Below, one piece after another: positions 9,842-20,203 of a DNA stretch of 64,000 nt. Where the stretch lies: NCBI GenBank assembly GCA_050250435.1, contig JBFWOR010000012.1:1-64000 (forward strand), in the 5' to 3' direction. Both the position numbers and the translations under genes were made by a program. The notes below the pieces were generated by a model, which had not been told where the DNA came from, did no database searches, and saw only the letters and a list, made by a program, of their open reading frames with translations. The DNA is from Pirellulales bacterium. Lineage in GTDB: Bacteria > Planctomycetota > Planctomycetia > Pirellulales > PALSA-1355. Every line of letters begins with the position of its first letter. Position 1 is the stretch's first letter.

Positions 9842-10383
9842 ATTCGCTTAAGCGAATGTTACGAAATCGCCCTCGTCGCGTCAAGGGATGCGGGAAGGCG
9901 GGCAGTGGGTCAGTTTGGACCCGTTCGAGGGGAAAACCGCTCGCGTCATCCCATCATCTGCCACGCCGTCCAAACCAAATAGCTCATCAAAGCTGCGCCC
10001 AATATCCAGACCAGGACAAGCGGTGCGTAGATTATCGCAATGAGGCTGCGACGAGGATTGCGTGGCGGCTTGCCGGACTCTGCCGTTGACCTGCTCGTGT
10101 GTTCGTCCATGCCCCCATTGTACCAGAGGTCGGGAACGGTGCGCCAGGTTGATCGCATGTGTGAGCCCATGCCGGACACTGATGATCCGCGACAGGCTCC
10201 GGAATTGACGATCGAACGGGTTGTGCCGGCGATTGGGCGATCTTGGCGGAGCGACGCACCCCAGCGCGCGGGGAGCGCATGTCCTATGGTTTAGGTGACC
10301 TTGGCGCGGGCTGCGCAGCTGGCGCCAGGCGAATCACGATGTTGATCTTGTGACGTCAATTTCGTGCAACTTCACTCACCCCG

Positions 10384-11007
10384 TTGCGGACCCGAGTCAT
10401 GCCCTCCGTCGCTGAATTCGACCAGCTCGACAATCCTTATCGTTCGAGTCGCTACGCCGACGTCGACGCTTTGCCGAGCGTCTACGGCGCTGCGGAAGCA
10501 GCAGAGCTGCAAGCGTTCGTCGGTCGCAAAGCCGACTATTATCTGCGCAAGTGGGCCCCGCGGCTGGAGAGCCCGGACGGAGAAGCGGGCTTTAACTGGG
10601 CCGCGTTCTTCCTGACCGCGCTGTGGATGGCCTATCGCAAGATGTATCGCAATGCGATTTTCTGCATTGTCGCGAGCTGGGTTGTATCCCTCGGGCTGCA
10701 GTTGCTGTTCATGTTCGTCTTTCAATCGAAATCGTTGCCGGCGAGTGCGGCTGTGATTTCGAACATCATGTTCTGCCTGGTGTGCGGCGTGTTGGGCAAC
10801 TCCTGGTACCTGGCGCATGCCCAGCGGAAGATTGCCGCGGCCCGGGCTCAAGGGCTGGACGGTCCGATCCTGATGTCGACCCTGCAACAGCGGGGCGGCA
10901 CGAGCTGGTGGGCCGTGTTGGGCCTGATGTTCGGTCCGGGGTTGATCCTCTTCGCCTTGCTCATGCTGCTGGCTGTGATGCTCGTGGTCGCCGGCGCGGC
11001 CAGCTGA
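10384..11007 (+). CDS. DUF2628-like membrane protein.
   Basis: Matches DYYLRKW...FNWAAFFLTALWMAYRKMY, the conserved N-terminal signature remembered for DUF2628, followed by several TM helices. Confidence 0.55.
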   Translation: MRTRVMPSVAEFDQLDNPYRSSRYADVDALPSVYGAAEAAELQAFVGRKADYYLRKWAPRLESPDGEAGFNWAAFFLTALWMAYRKMYRNAIFCIVASWVVSLGLQLLFMFVFQSKSLPASAAVISNIMFCLVCGVLGNSWYLAHAQRKIAAARAQGLDGPILMSTLQQRGGTSWWAVLGLMFGPGLILFALLMLLAVMLVVAGAAS

Positions 11008-11114
11008 TCCACAGCACTTCTTAGGCATCGACGAAGACTCGTTCGACCGCGTTCGTCGTGGGCGGCGGATTGCGCTTACTTCGCGCCGGCCGAAACGCCG
11101 GGTTAGATGAGCGC

Positions 11115-12509
11115 TTACGTCCCGCTTTCGGCGGTGACGCGCAGCTTGTCCAGATATCCTGCGAGCAGCCCGCGCTGCTGCTCGGGCGAGAAGCACTGGC
11201 CGTCGCTCAGCACGGCCACGGACATGCGTCCGGCGTAGGTGTGCACGGCCAGCGAGACGCGCGTTTCCGGCCGGATGGGTCCGGCACCGTAGCCGGCTTC
11301 CACCACCAGGTCGCCCGCGGCGCGGCGGCCTTCACGCCACGGCAGCGGCACGTGGTCGAAGCCCGCGTTCAAATTGGTGAACACGCCCGTGGCGAACGCC
11401 CCGCTGCGCGATAGCGACTGGTGCAGCAATCGGGGCCAGATGCACATCAGCCACAGCGTGGCCTTGTAGTAGATGCCGGACTTCACACGCTTGATGTACG
11501 CCATCTCATTGCTAATCGAACGCAACAGTTCACCGCGGTCGCCGCACGACTTGGCGCGCTCGGTGACAAACGCGTAGCCGAAGGCGTTGGCCGCCGGCGC
11601 GCGGTAGTCTTCCTTGCGGCGCATATTCGTGGGCACCAGCACACGGATTGGCCGGCGCGTTTCGGCAGTGCCGCGATTCCAGTCGGACAGCATCAGAAAA
11701 TAGTCGCGCAGCAACAGGTCGTGCAGCCGCACCGACAAGTTGCGCGCCACGCGCGCCAGCGCCGTGGTCTCGCTTTCGCTCAAGGTGTGGACGAGAAACT
11801 CGGGGCCGGCGTTGCCATCGCTTGCCGCCGGGGCCTGGCCGTGGTCGCTCACCACCGCCACGCGCTGGAACAACAGCGACCAGCTCAGGCGGGCCACGCG
11901 CAGCAGATCCACGAGTTTCAACCGTCGATCTGAAAGCTTGTGTCCGCCTCGATTCGCGAGCAACCGGGGCTTGAGCGGATACCAAGGCAGCGGTTCGCTG
12001 CTGCCGGTGGTCAAGTGCGCATAGGCCACCATCAAGTCGGCAATGAATTGAAAGCCGCCCAATCCGTCCACCGCGATATGGTGGAACGCGAACGACATGA
12101 TGTTGAGATCTTCTTCGCGGCTGATGCGCACGTGCAGGGGGGGCCGATGGGCGGGCTCGCACACGACACCGGACGCTGCCCGGCAACTGCCGGCCTCGTC
12201 CACCCATTCCACCGGCGCTGCCTTGCCGGGGAAATAGTGCGGCCAGCCGCGCCGATCGCACTCGAAGCGCGCGGTGAGCAACGGATGGCGCGCGTACGTG
12301 AGCTGCAACGACTGCTCGAACGCCTCGCGATCCAAATGTCCCCGGCATTCCAAGCGGATGAAGAATACCGAGGGATACTGCGTGCGATCGTCGGCCCAGA
12401 GATAGTATTCGAACGCGTTGAACGGCAGCGGGTAGATGGTGGCGTCGGCCGTCTCGGGGGGGCTAGTCGCCTGATGCGATTCGAGCGCGGCTGTGCGGTT
12501 TTGCGACAT
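11115..12509 (-). CDS. Stand-alone condensation-domain (HHxxxDG) acyltransferase, WS/DGAT-PapA5-NRPS C-domain superfamily.
   Basis: HHIAVDGLGG catalytic motif, ~465 aa. Start chosen at MSQNRT (12509). An alternative upstream ATG exists at 12611. Confidence 0.65.
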   Translation of the reverse strand: MSQNRTAALESHQATSPPETADATIYPLPFNAFEYYLWADDRTQYPSVFFIRLECRGHLDREAFEQSLQLTYARHPLLTARFECDRRGWPHYFPGKAAPVEWVDEAGSCRAASGVVCEPAHRPPLHVRISREEDLNIMSFAFHHIAVDGLGGFQFIADLMVAYAHLTTGSSEPLPWYPLKPRLLANRGGHKLSDRRLKLVDLLRVARLSWSLLFQRVAVVSDHGQAPAASDGNAGPEFLVHTLSESETTALARVARNLSVRLHDLLLRDYFLMLSDWNRGTAETRRPIRVLVPTNMRRKEDYRAPAANAFGYAFVTERAKSCGDRGELLRSISNEMAYIKRVKSGIYYKATLWLMCIWPRLLHQSLSRSGAFATGVFTNLNAGFDHVPLPWREGRRAAGDLVVEAGYGAGPIRPETRVSLAVHTYAGRMSVAVLSDGQCFSPEQQRGLLAGYLDKLRVTAESGT

Positions 12510-12971
12510 CAGGACGCACCAGGATAGGAGGTGAGAGGTGAGGGCAGGGAGGTGGCCACGGCGAGCGTTTGTCTCTGGTTGCCAAATCAGGGGCGCGCCG
12601 GCCAAGCTCAACCATGACTGACCGCACCCTCGCTGTCCAGTGTCACGAGGCGGCGAATCGTGCGCAAAATCGCGTCATCCTGGCTGCCGTGCTGCCGAAA
12701 ACCAGTGCTCTGCCGATGCCCTGGGGTGCCGCCGGCGTCTCGGCGGAGCGAAATTTCGGGCGTTGATAGCATCTCCCGTCGAGGCCGCTAACAACCCTGT
12801 CAATATGCGGTTACGAATACCGAATCCAAATTCCAATTCGACGTAACTGCCGTACCTTTCGTGCGGAAGTGAGCCGGCCGATTCAACTTGGCCATTGCCG
12901 CGCAAGATTGTTACGAACTTGCGCGTGCGAACGACAATCGGCGCAGAGCCGGGCCGTTTTCCCAGTGAATT

Positions 12972-13014
12972 TATAATCAACTTCAACGCGGCTGGAACAT
13001 CGAACGTTTCGATG
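12972..13014 (+). promoter_or_regulatory. Candidate promoter/operator of the flotillin gene: a perfect TATAAT at 12972-12977, then an inverted repeat CATCGAA-cgt-TTCGATG at 12998-13014.
   Basis: Lies in an AT-enriched divergent intergenic region. The TATAAT-to-ATG distance is ~100 nt. No clear -35 box. Confidence 0.3.
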
Positions 13015-13075
13015 TGGGCTGTTTACAATCCACAGCGTTTCGCACATTTGGCCGCGCCAAGGAGTGGTTAACAGA

Positions 13076-15280
13076 ATGTTTACCACCGCGACGTGGGTAC
13101 TAGTGGCTGATTGGTCGAGTCGATGGTCCGCTTTGCAAGAGAACTTCTCTTCGTCCGCGGAACTGGTGTTCCTGCTGATCGTGGGTCTCTTGTTTCTGTG
13201 GGAGTTGATGGGGCTGCGCTATATCCCCAACAACTACGTGGGAATCGTCGAGAAGCTCTGGTCGCGCAATGGCTCGGTGACCGAGGGCAGCATCATCGCC
13301 ATGGCGGACGAGGCCGGCTTTCAGGCCGAGGTGCTGCGCGGCGGCTTTCACTTCGGCTTGTGGCGCTGGCAATATCGCATCCATCGCGTGCGATTGGTGA
13401 CGATTCCGCAGGGCAAGATTGGGTATATCTACGCCCGCGACGGCGAGCCGCTGGAAGCGAGTCAGACGCTGGGCCGCGTGGTCGAGTGCATGAACTTTCA
13501 AGATGCGCGCGCTTTTCTCGGCGGCGACGACGCCGTGGGACATCGGCGCGGGCAGCGCGGCCGCCAACGAGCCGTCTTGCGCGAAGGCGTGTACGCCATC
13601 AACCTGGCGCTGTTCGTGGTCATGACGGAAAACGACGTCTACCTGTTGCGACCACTGCACGACAAGCAGGCGCTGGCCATGCTGGCCGGCTGGCAACGCG
13701 AGTTGGCGGCCATTGCCGGCTTCAGTCCGGTGGTGATCGGCGCCGACGTCGAAGTGCCGGACCCGGTGCATGCCGACGTCTTGCGTAGCGTCGACTCGAT
13801 CGGCATTGTCACCGTGCATGACGGCCCGTCATTGCTGCCGGGCGAGATCATTGCGCCGCCGGTCGGCACGAGCGCCGAGGAGCCGCACTTCCACAACAAC
13901 TACCAGAACACGGAGGCGTTTCTGGCCGCGGGCGGGCGGCGCGGCCGCCAGTATGTGCCGCTCACCGACGGCACCTACTTCATCAACCGCTGGTTTGCCA
14001 CGGTGGAGACGATTGCCAAGACCGTGGTGCCCATCGGCTACGTCGGCGTCGTGGTGAGTTACTTTGGCCAGATCGGCCGCGACCTTTCCGGCACGGCCTT
14101 CCGCCATGGCGAACGCGTGGCCGAGGGACATCGCGGCGTGTGGGAACACGCGCTGGGACCGGGCAAGTATGCGTTCAACTCCTACGCCGGGAGCATCGTG
14201 CTGGTGCCAACTACGAACTTCGTGTTGCACTGGATTACCGGCCGCACGGAAACCCATCGCTACGATGAGAGCCTGCGATCGATCGACCTGGTGACCAAGG
14301 ATGCTTATGAGCCGCTGCTGCCGCTGTCCGTAGTGGTGCACATCGACTATCAGAAAGCGCCCAACGTCATTCAGCGCTTCGGCGACGTGAAGAAGCTGAT
14401 TACGCAGACGCTCGATCCGATGTTGAGTGCCTACTTCCGCGACGTGGCGCACAAATGCACCATGCTCCAGCTCTTGCAAGAGCGCGATCAAATTCAGCGC
14501 GATGCGCGCAACGAGCTGCGGCAACGGTTTCAGGAGTTCGACATCGAATGCGTTGACGTGTTGATCGGCAAACCCGACACGGCCGAGGCCGGCGGCAAGA
14601 TCGAGACGCTGCTGGAACAGCTGCGATTGCGGCAGCTGTCGATCGAGCAGATCGAAACGTTCGAGCGGCAACGGGCCGCGGCCGAAAAACAGCGCGGGCT
14701 GAGCGAGGCGCAGGCCCACGCCGCCAAGCAGACCGAGCTGACCAATTCGGCAATTCAGATTCAGATCGCCGAGAACCAGGGCGAGGCTGATCTGGCGCAG
14801 GCTCGCAAACGGGCCGAGCAATTGCTGGTCACCGCTCGGGCCGACAGCCAGCAGCGCGTGCTGGCCGGCAAGGGTGAAGGCGCGCGGGTGCTGCAAACCG
14901 GTTTGGCGGAAGCCTCGGTGCTGCTGCGCAAGATCGGCTCGTTTGGCGACCCGCGACTGTACGCGGTGCTGTCGGCGGCCGAGCGATTGTCGGCCAGCAG
15001 TCAGCCGCTGGTGCCCGAGCGCGTGTTCGTCGCCGGTGGCGGCGAAAACGGTCATGCGACCGGCGCCAGCCAAGGCCTGCTCGGCACGCTGATCAGTTTG
15101 CTGGTGGCTGAGAAGTCGGGATTCCAGCCCGCGGGCGACGGCGCGTTCGCCGGTCTGGAGGAAATGACGGAGCGCATGACGCGCGACGCCATGGAGTCGA
15201 TGCAACAGGCGATCGGCGTTGGGTCGCCCGCGGTGGCCGTGACTACGGCGGTCGACGCGAAAGTGATTGAGCAGAAGTGA
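13076..15280 (+). CDS. SPFH/band-7 domain protein, flotillin-like.
   Basis: N-terminal TM, an SPFH-like core, and a long Ala/Glu/Gln-rich coiled coil (AEKQRGLSEAQAHAAKQTEL...). ATG at 13076 has AAGGAG 11 nt upstream. The track's 13064 start is a GTG. Confidence 0.8.
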   Translation: MFTTATWVLVADWSSRWSALQENFSSSAELVFLLIVGLLFLWELMGLRYIPNNYVGIVEKLWSRNGSVTEGSIIAMADEAGFQAEVLRGGFHFGLWRWQYRIHRVRLVTIPQGKIGYIYARDGEPLEASQTLGRVVECMNFQDARAFLGGDDAVGHRRGQRGRQRAVLREGVYAINLALFVVMTENDVYLLRPLHDKQALAMLAGWQRELAAIAGFSPVVIGADVEVPDPVHADVLRSVDSIGIVTVHDGPSLLPGEIIAPPVGTSAEEPHFHNNYQNTEAFLAAGGRRGRQYVPLTDGTYFINRWFATVETIAKTVVPIGYVGVVVSYFGQIGRDLSGTAFRHGERVAEGHRGVWEHALGPGKYAFNSYAGSIVLVPTTNFVLHWITGRTETHRYDESLRSIDLVTKDAYEPLLPLSVVVHIDYQKAPNVIQRFGDVKKLITQTLDPMLSAYFRDVAHKCTMLQLLQERDQIQRDARNELRQRFQEFDIECVDVLIGKPDTAEAGGKIETLLEQLRLRQLSIEQIETFERQRAAAEKQRGLSEAQAHAAKQTELTNSAIQIQIAENQGEADLAQARKRAEQLLVTARADSQQRVLAGKGEGARVLQTGLAEASVLLRKIGSFGDPRLYAVLSAAERLSASSQPLVPERVFVAGGGENGHATGASQGLLGTLISLLVAEKSGFQPAGDGAFAGLEEMTERMTRDAMESMQQAIGVGSPAVAVTTAVDAKVIEQK

Positions 15281-15285
15281 CGCGC

Positions 15286-15311
15286 GATTGCCGCGTGACG
15301 TGCGCGGCAAT
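15286..15311 (+). terminator. Perfect 10-bp inverted repeat (GATTGCCGCG-tgacgt-CGCGGCAATC) just after the flotillin stop. Terminator-like hairpin without a U-tract.
   Basis: Seen directly in the sequence; begins 6 nt after the TGA. Confidence 0.35.
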
Positions 15312-15627
15312 CAGATGGCAGTGTTCGATTCGCCCTTGCCGTCGGCGTTCCGGCGGCAAGGGTTTTGTTTGCGCGCTGGGCGAGTCGGGATCACACACGA
15401 GCCTGCAGCGCAAGCGACGGGAAACGACCAAGAACCCTCGCTGGCGCTGCGGGTTAGTGAATGCGGGCTTGCGGCTGTTCGTGTGGGTAGCCCAGACGCC
15501 GACCTGCTGCGTCTGGGCCAGCCGAGCAGAATTCGGCCCGCCGGCGGCAGCTTGACCCGGGCGAATTGTCTGATAATCTAGCAGAACCTGCCTGCTCCGC
15601 CGTCCCGCCTGCCAGGAGCCACCACGC

Positions 15628-16314
15628 ATGTTGCAAACACTCGGCCGCGCCAAGATTCGCGACGTCGTCGCCACGCGGCTCAAGTCCTATATCGTCGATG
15701 CCGGGCTCAAGCCGGGCGATCGCCTGCCCACTGAAACCGAGCTCGCCGCGCAGTTCGGCGTCAACCGGCTCAGCCTGCGCGAAGCCACCAAGGCGCTGGA
15801 GTTTTTGGGCATCGTGGAAGCCAGGCCCGGCCGCGGCCTGACCGTCGGGCGGATGGACATGCAGCGGGTGACCGAGCACTTGAGCTTCCATCCGGCGCTG
15901 CACGATATTTCGCCCGCGGAGTTGATCGACACGCGCGTGGTGATCGAGGTGGGTGTGCTGCCGATTGTCGCGCAGCGGATGCGCCGCGACGCAGCCATCG
16001 AGCCGGCGCTGCGTGCGGTCAACGACCAGCTGCGTCAGGCGCGGACGCTGCAGCGCTTCGTGGAGCTGGACATTGTGTTTCACCGCGAGCTGATCGTGGC
16101 CAGCGGCCTTTCGTCGCTGACCGCGTTTTGCGACGTGCTGGAAGTTTTTTGTCAGCGCTTCCGCGAGAGCGTGAAGAAGGCCGAATGGCGACGCGGCATC
16201 GAACATCACGACCGGATTCTCGACGCGCTGGCCGCCGGACAAATTCGCGCCGCCCAGCGACAGCTGCGCTCGCACATTGAAAGCCACCGCACACGATTCA
16301 ACGTGACCCAGTGA
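15628..16314 (+). CDS. GntR family transcriptional regulator (FadR/FCD subfamily).
   Basis: N-terminal wHTH (TETELAAQFGVNRLSLREATKALEFLGIV) plus an FCD-type C-terminal domain. AGGAG lies 9 nt upstream of the ATG. Confidence 0.85.
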   Translation: MLQTLGRAKIRDVVATRLKSYIVDAGLKPGDRLPTETELAAQFGVNRLSLREATKALEFLGIVEARPGRGLTVGRMDMQRVTEHLSFHPALHDISPAELIDTRVVIEVGVLPIVAQRMRRDAAIEPALRAVNDQLRQARTLQRFVELDIVFHRELIVASGLSSLTAFCDVLEVFCQRFRESVKKAEWRRGIEHHDRILDALAAGQIRAAQRQLRSHIESHRTRFNVTQ

Positions 16315-16339
16315 TTCGGCGTGATCCGCCGCACCGTTG

Positions 16340-18718
16340 ATGAACATGCCCGCTGCCAGCGACAAATTGCGAACCGGCCGCCGTGCGAAGACGCATCGGT
16401 CGAAGTATCGCCTTGCGCGGCGTGCCGGGGCGTGCACCGCAGCGCTGTTGGTCGTCGCGGCCTGCCTGGCTCCGCGGCCGGCGACGGCCGACGAGCGCGA
16501 AGAGTTCTTCGAGAAACAAATTCGGCCGGTCCTGGCCGGCGTTTGCTTTCGCTGTCACGGAGGTCTGCAAACGCAACACGACTTGCGGGTGGACTCGCGC
16601 GCGGCCTTGCTGGCGGGAGGCGCGTCGGGCCCGGCCCTGGTCGAGGGCGATGCGCGCGAAAGTTTGCTGCTGAAGGCGCTGCGTGGCGAAGGCGACGTGG
16701 CGCGGATGCCGCCCGATGGCCCGCTACCGCCGGCGCAAGTGGCCGCCTTCGAGCAGTGGATCGCCGCGGGTGCCGCGTGGCCGAGCGCTGCCGCGCCGTT
16801 TCCCAAGAGCTCGCATTGGGCGTTTGAGCCGGTGCAGGAAGTTCCGCTGCCGGCGGTGCAGGATACCGCCTGGGTGCAGTCGAGTGTTGACTATTTTATT
16901 CTTGCGCGGCAAGAGTCGGCAGGTGTGCGGCCGGGGCCCGTGGCCGATCGTCGCACGTTGATCCGCCGCGCTACCTACGACTTGACCGGATTGCCGCCAT
17001 CGTCGGCGGAGGTGGCGGCGTTCGAGGCGGATCCGGCGCCGGATGCGTTCGCGCGGCTCGTCGATCGCTTGCTGCACTCGCCGCGCTACGGCGAACAGTG
17101 GGGTCGGCATTGGCTCGACCTGGTGCGTTATGCCGACACGGCCGGCGAGAACACCGACCATCCGTTGCCTCATGCGTGGCGCTACCGCAACTGGGTTATC
17201 GACGCGCTGAATCGCAATCTGCCGTACGACGAGTTTCTGCGCGAGCAAGTGGCCGGCGACCTACTGGCGCTGGACGGCCCGGCGGAAGGCTACGCCGATC
17301 GCGTCGTGGCGACGGGCTACCTGGCGATTGCGCGGCGGTTTGGCCACGACATCGATCGCGACATGCATCTGACAATCGAAGACACGATCGACACGCTGGG
17401 TAAATCCGTGCTGGGGCTGACGATCGGCTGCGCGCGGTGCCACGATCATAAGTTTGATCCGCTGACGGCCGCGGACTATTACGGGCTGTATGGCATTTTT
17501 GCGAGTACGAAGTTTTCGTTCCCCGGCTGCGAGCCGAAGCAACAGCCGCGCGATCTCGTGCCGCTGGTGCCGCCGGGGGAGTACGCCCCCAGCGTTGCGC
17601 CGGCGAATGACGGCGCGGTGTCGCCCGCGGGCGACGTCAAGACTGCCGCGCAGCCCGATCCCGCCGTGACCACCGTGCCGGTGGCCTACGCCGTGAGTGA
17701 TGCCGCCGGCCAGAACGCGCGCGTTCACAAGCGGGGCGATCCGGCCGATCTGGGCGACGAAGTGCCGCGTAAGTTTCCCGACGTGCTCGGCGGCCACGTT
17801 GTGCAGGCCGCGGCCGGCAGCGGCCGGCGCGAATTGGCCGACTGGCTCGTGCGTCGCGACAACCCGCTCACGGCCCGCGTGTTTGTCAATCGCGTGTGGC
17901 AGTGGCATTTCGGTCGCGGGCTGGTGGCCACGCCCAACGATTTTGGCACGCGCGGCGCGGCACCCACGCACCGCGAGCTGCTCGACCACCTGGCGATCGA
18001 GTTTGTGCGCAGCGGCTGGGACGTGCGCGCCTTGCATCGCCGGATCATGCTCAGCGCCACCTATCAGTTGGCCTCGCCAGGCGGGGCGGACGGCGGGGGC
18101 GCGGCCGACGGCGCGAGCGATGCGGCCGTCCAAGCGCCGCCCGAACTCTACACGCACTTTTCCCGGCGGCGGGTGACGGCTGAAGAGCTGCGCGATTCGC
18201 TGCTGGCCGCCAGCGGAGAGCTCGACCTGGCTCCGGGCGGCTGCCATCCGTTTCCGCCGGAGTCGTCCTGGTCGTTCACGCAGCACAATCCGTTTGCCGC
18301 CGAGTATGAGACGCAGCAGCGCTCGGTCTATGTGATGCAAAAGCGCAACCGGCGGATGCGGTTCTTCCAGCTGTTCGACGGCGCCGACCCGAATGCCAGC
18401 ACGCCGCTGCGCGACGTGACGACCGTGCCCACTCAGGCCCTGTACTTCATGAACGATCCGTTCGTGCATGCGCGGTCCGAGCGTCTTGCGGGGCAGCTCG
18501 TGTCGGCCGCGTCGAACGATGACGAGCGCACGCGAGCCATTTACGCGCGGGTGCTCGGCCGGCTGCCCAGCGCGGCTGAACGCGCCGGCGCCGCGGAGTT
18601 TCTCACGGCCTACCGAGAGTCGCAGGGCAACGGCGATCAGGAGCGCCGCCAGGCGACGGCCTGGGCCGCGTATGCCCGAGTGCTGTTTGCCAGCAACGAG
18701 TTCTTGTACGTCGATTGA
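16340..18718 (+). CDS. Planctomycete cytochrome-c-domain protein (PSCyt1/PSCyt2/PSD1; DUF1549/DUF1553).
   Basis: CFRCHGG and CARCHDHKFDP CxxCH motifs. Signal peptide present. Paralog of 2369-4951. Confidence 0.85.
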   Translation: MNMPAASDKLRTGRRAKTHRSKYRLARRAGACTAALLVVAACLAPRPATADEREEFFEKQIRPVLAGVCFRCHGGLQTQHDLRVDSRAALLAGGASGPALVEGDARESLLLKALRGEGDVARMPPDGPLPPAQVAAFEQWIAAGAAWPSAAAPFPKSSHWAFEPVQEVPLPAVQDTAWVQSSVDYFILARQESAGVRPGPVADRRTLIRRATYDLTGLPPSSAEVAAFEADPAPDAFARLVDRLLHSPRYGEQWGRHWLDLVRYADTAGENTDHPLPHAWRYRNWVIDALNRNLPYDEFLREQVAGDLLALDGPAEGYADRVVATGYLAIARRFGHDIDRDMHLTIEDTIDTLGKSVLGLTIGCARCHDHKFDPLTAADYYGLYGIFASTKFSFPGCEPKQQPRDLVPLVPPGEYAPSVAPANDGAVSPAGDVKTAAQPDPAVTTVPVAYAVSDAAGQNARVHKRGDPADLGDEVPRKFPDVLGGHVVQAAAGSGRRELADWLVRRDNPLTARVFVNRVWQWHFGRGLVATPNDFGTRGAAPTHRELLDHLAIEFVRSGWDVRALHRRIMLSATYQLASPGGADGGGAADGASDAAVQAPPELYTHFSRRRVTAEELRDSLLAASGELDLAPGGCHPFPPESSWSFTQHNPFAAEYETQQRSVYVMQKRNRRMRFFQLFDGADPNASTPLRDVTTVPTQALYFMNDPFVHARSERLAGQLVSAASNDDERTRAIYARVLGRLPSAAERAGAAEFLTAYRESQGNGDQERRQATAWAAYARVLFASNEFLYVD

Positions 18719-18745
18719 AGGGCCCACGCCCAGCGAGCCAACCTC

Positions 18746-20158
18746 ATGTGCCAACCGCTGCCACTTTCCCGCCGCGGCTTCGTGCGATCCGCCGTGGCGG
18801 GGTCGCTGTTGATGCCGGGCATCTTGCAGGAGCTATTGGCGGCCGACGTTGCCCGATCCGGCGCGGCCGATCCGCTGGCTGCGCATCCGGCGCACTTTCC
18901 CGGCCGCGCGAAGCAGGTGATCTTTTTGTTCATGACGGGCGGCGTGTCGCACGTCGACACGTTTGATCCCAAGCCCAAGCTCGCTGCCGACGTGGGCCGG
19001 GAAGTGAAGCTCGACCATCCGGAGATTCGCGATCGGCCCGGCTACGAGCGGATCTTTTTGAAGCGGCCACAGTGGGAGTTCCAGCCGCACGGTCAGTGCG
19101 GCACGGAAGTCAGCACGTTGTTCCCGCACGTAGCCCGGCACGTCGACGACCTCGCGGTGATTCGCTCGCTGCACACCGATCACTCGAACCACTACAACGC
19201 GACCTTGGGCATGCACACCGGCTCGTTTGCCGCGGCGCGGCCCAGCCTGGGCGCCTGGGTCAGCTACGGCCTGGGCACCGAGAATCGCAATTTGCCGTCG
19301 TTCATCACGATTGCGCCGGCGCCCACTTATGCCGGCACCCAGGTCTACGCCAGCGACTTTCTGCCGGGTGCGCACCAGGGCACGCTGCTGGTGCCGGGCA
19401 CGGAGCCGATCGCCAACGTCCAGCCGCGCGTCGAGGCGCGCCAGCAACAACTGGAGCTCGCGGCGCTGGCGGCCATGAACGCGCGTCACTTGTCGGCGCG
19501 GGCCGAAGACCCCGCGCTGGCCGCGCGCATCAAGTCGTTCGAAACGGCCTTCGGCATGCAATCGGCAGTGCCGGCCGTGTTCGATCTGGCGCAAGAGACC
19601 GACGACACGCTGGCCCGCTACGGTCTGGAGCGCGGCAGCACCAGCGGCTTTGCCTGGCAGTGTCTGATTGCGCGGCGGCTGGTGGAGCGGGGCGTGCGGT
19701 TTGTGGAGCTGATCGACACCGGCTCGAGCGGCAATTGGGACTCGCACGGCGACATGCAGGATCACGCGAAGCTGGCCAAGAACGTGGATCAGCCGATCGC
19801 GGGTCTGTTGGAAGATCTCAAACTGCGCGGGCTGTTCGACGACACGCTGGTCGTGTGGACGACCGAATTCGGCCGCACGCCGTTCAACAACACGGCCGAA
19901 GCCAAGGGGCGCGAACACCACAACTGGGCCTTCAGCTCCTGGCTGGCCGGCGCGGGCGTCAAGGGTGGCATCGTCCACGGCGAGACCGACGAATACGGCA
20001 TCCGCGTGGTCAAAGATCACGTCCACGTGCACGATTTTCACGCCACTATTTTGCACCTGATGGGTCTGGATCATACTCGACTTACCTACCGACACAGCGG
20101 GCGCGACTACCGCCTGACCGACGTTCACGGCAACGTGGTCCACCAGGTTTTGGCCTGA
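18746..20158 (+). CDS. DUF1501 (sulfatase-like) family protein.
   Basis: Paralog of 4948-6414 with conserved blocks FMTGGVSHVDTFDPKP and GREHH, and a Tat-like N-terminus. Confidence 0.85.
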   Translation: MCQPLPLSRRGFVRSAVAGSLLMPGILQELLAADVARSGAADPLAAHPAHFPGRAKQVIFLFMTGGVSHVDTFDPKPKLAADVGREVKLDHPEIRDRPGYERIFLKRPQWEFQPHGQCGTEVSTLFPHVARHVDDLAVIRSLHTDHSNHYNATLGMHTGSFAAARPSLGAWVSYGLGTENRNLPSFITIAPAPTYAGTQVYASDFLPGAHQGTLLVPGTEPIANVQPRVEARQQQLELAALAAMNARHLSARAEDPALAARIKSFETAFGMQSAVPAVFDLAQETDDTLARYGLERGSTSGFAWQCLIARRLVERGVRFVELIDTGSSGNWDSHGDMQDHAKLAKNVDQPIAGLLEDLKLRGLFDDTLVVWTTEFGRTPFNNTAEAKGREHHNWAFSSWLAGAGVKGGIVHGETDEYGIRVVKDHVHVHDFHATILHLMGLDHTRLTYRHSGRDYRLTDVHGNVVHQVLA

Positions 20159-20203
20159 GCCGCGCCGCCGTCCCGCCTCCTTATGCTTTGAGTTGCCCAC
20201 ATC

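Noticed and set aside
9412-10089. 225-aa plus-strand ORF overlapping arsR on the opposite strand.
   Set aside because: It is antisense to a gene with a canonical ArsR motif. The product is Arg/Ala-rich and low-complexity.
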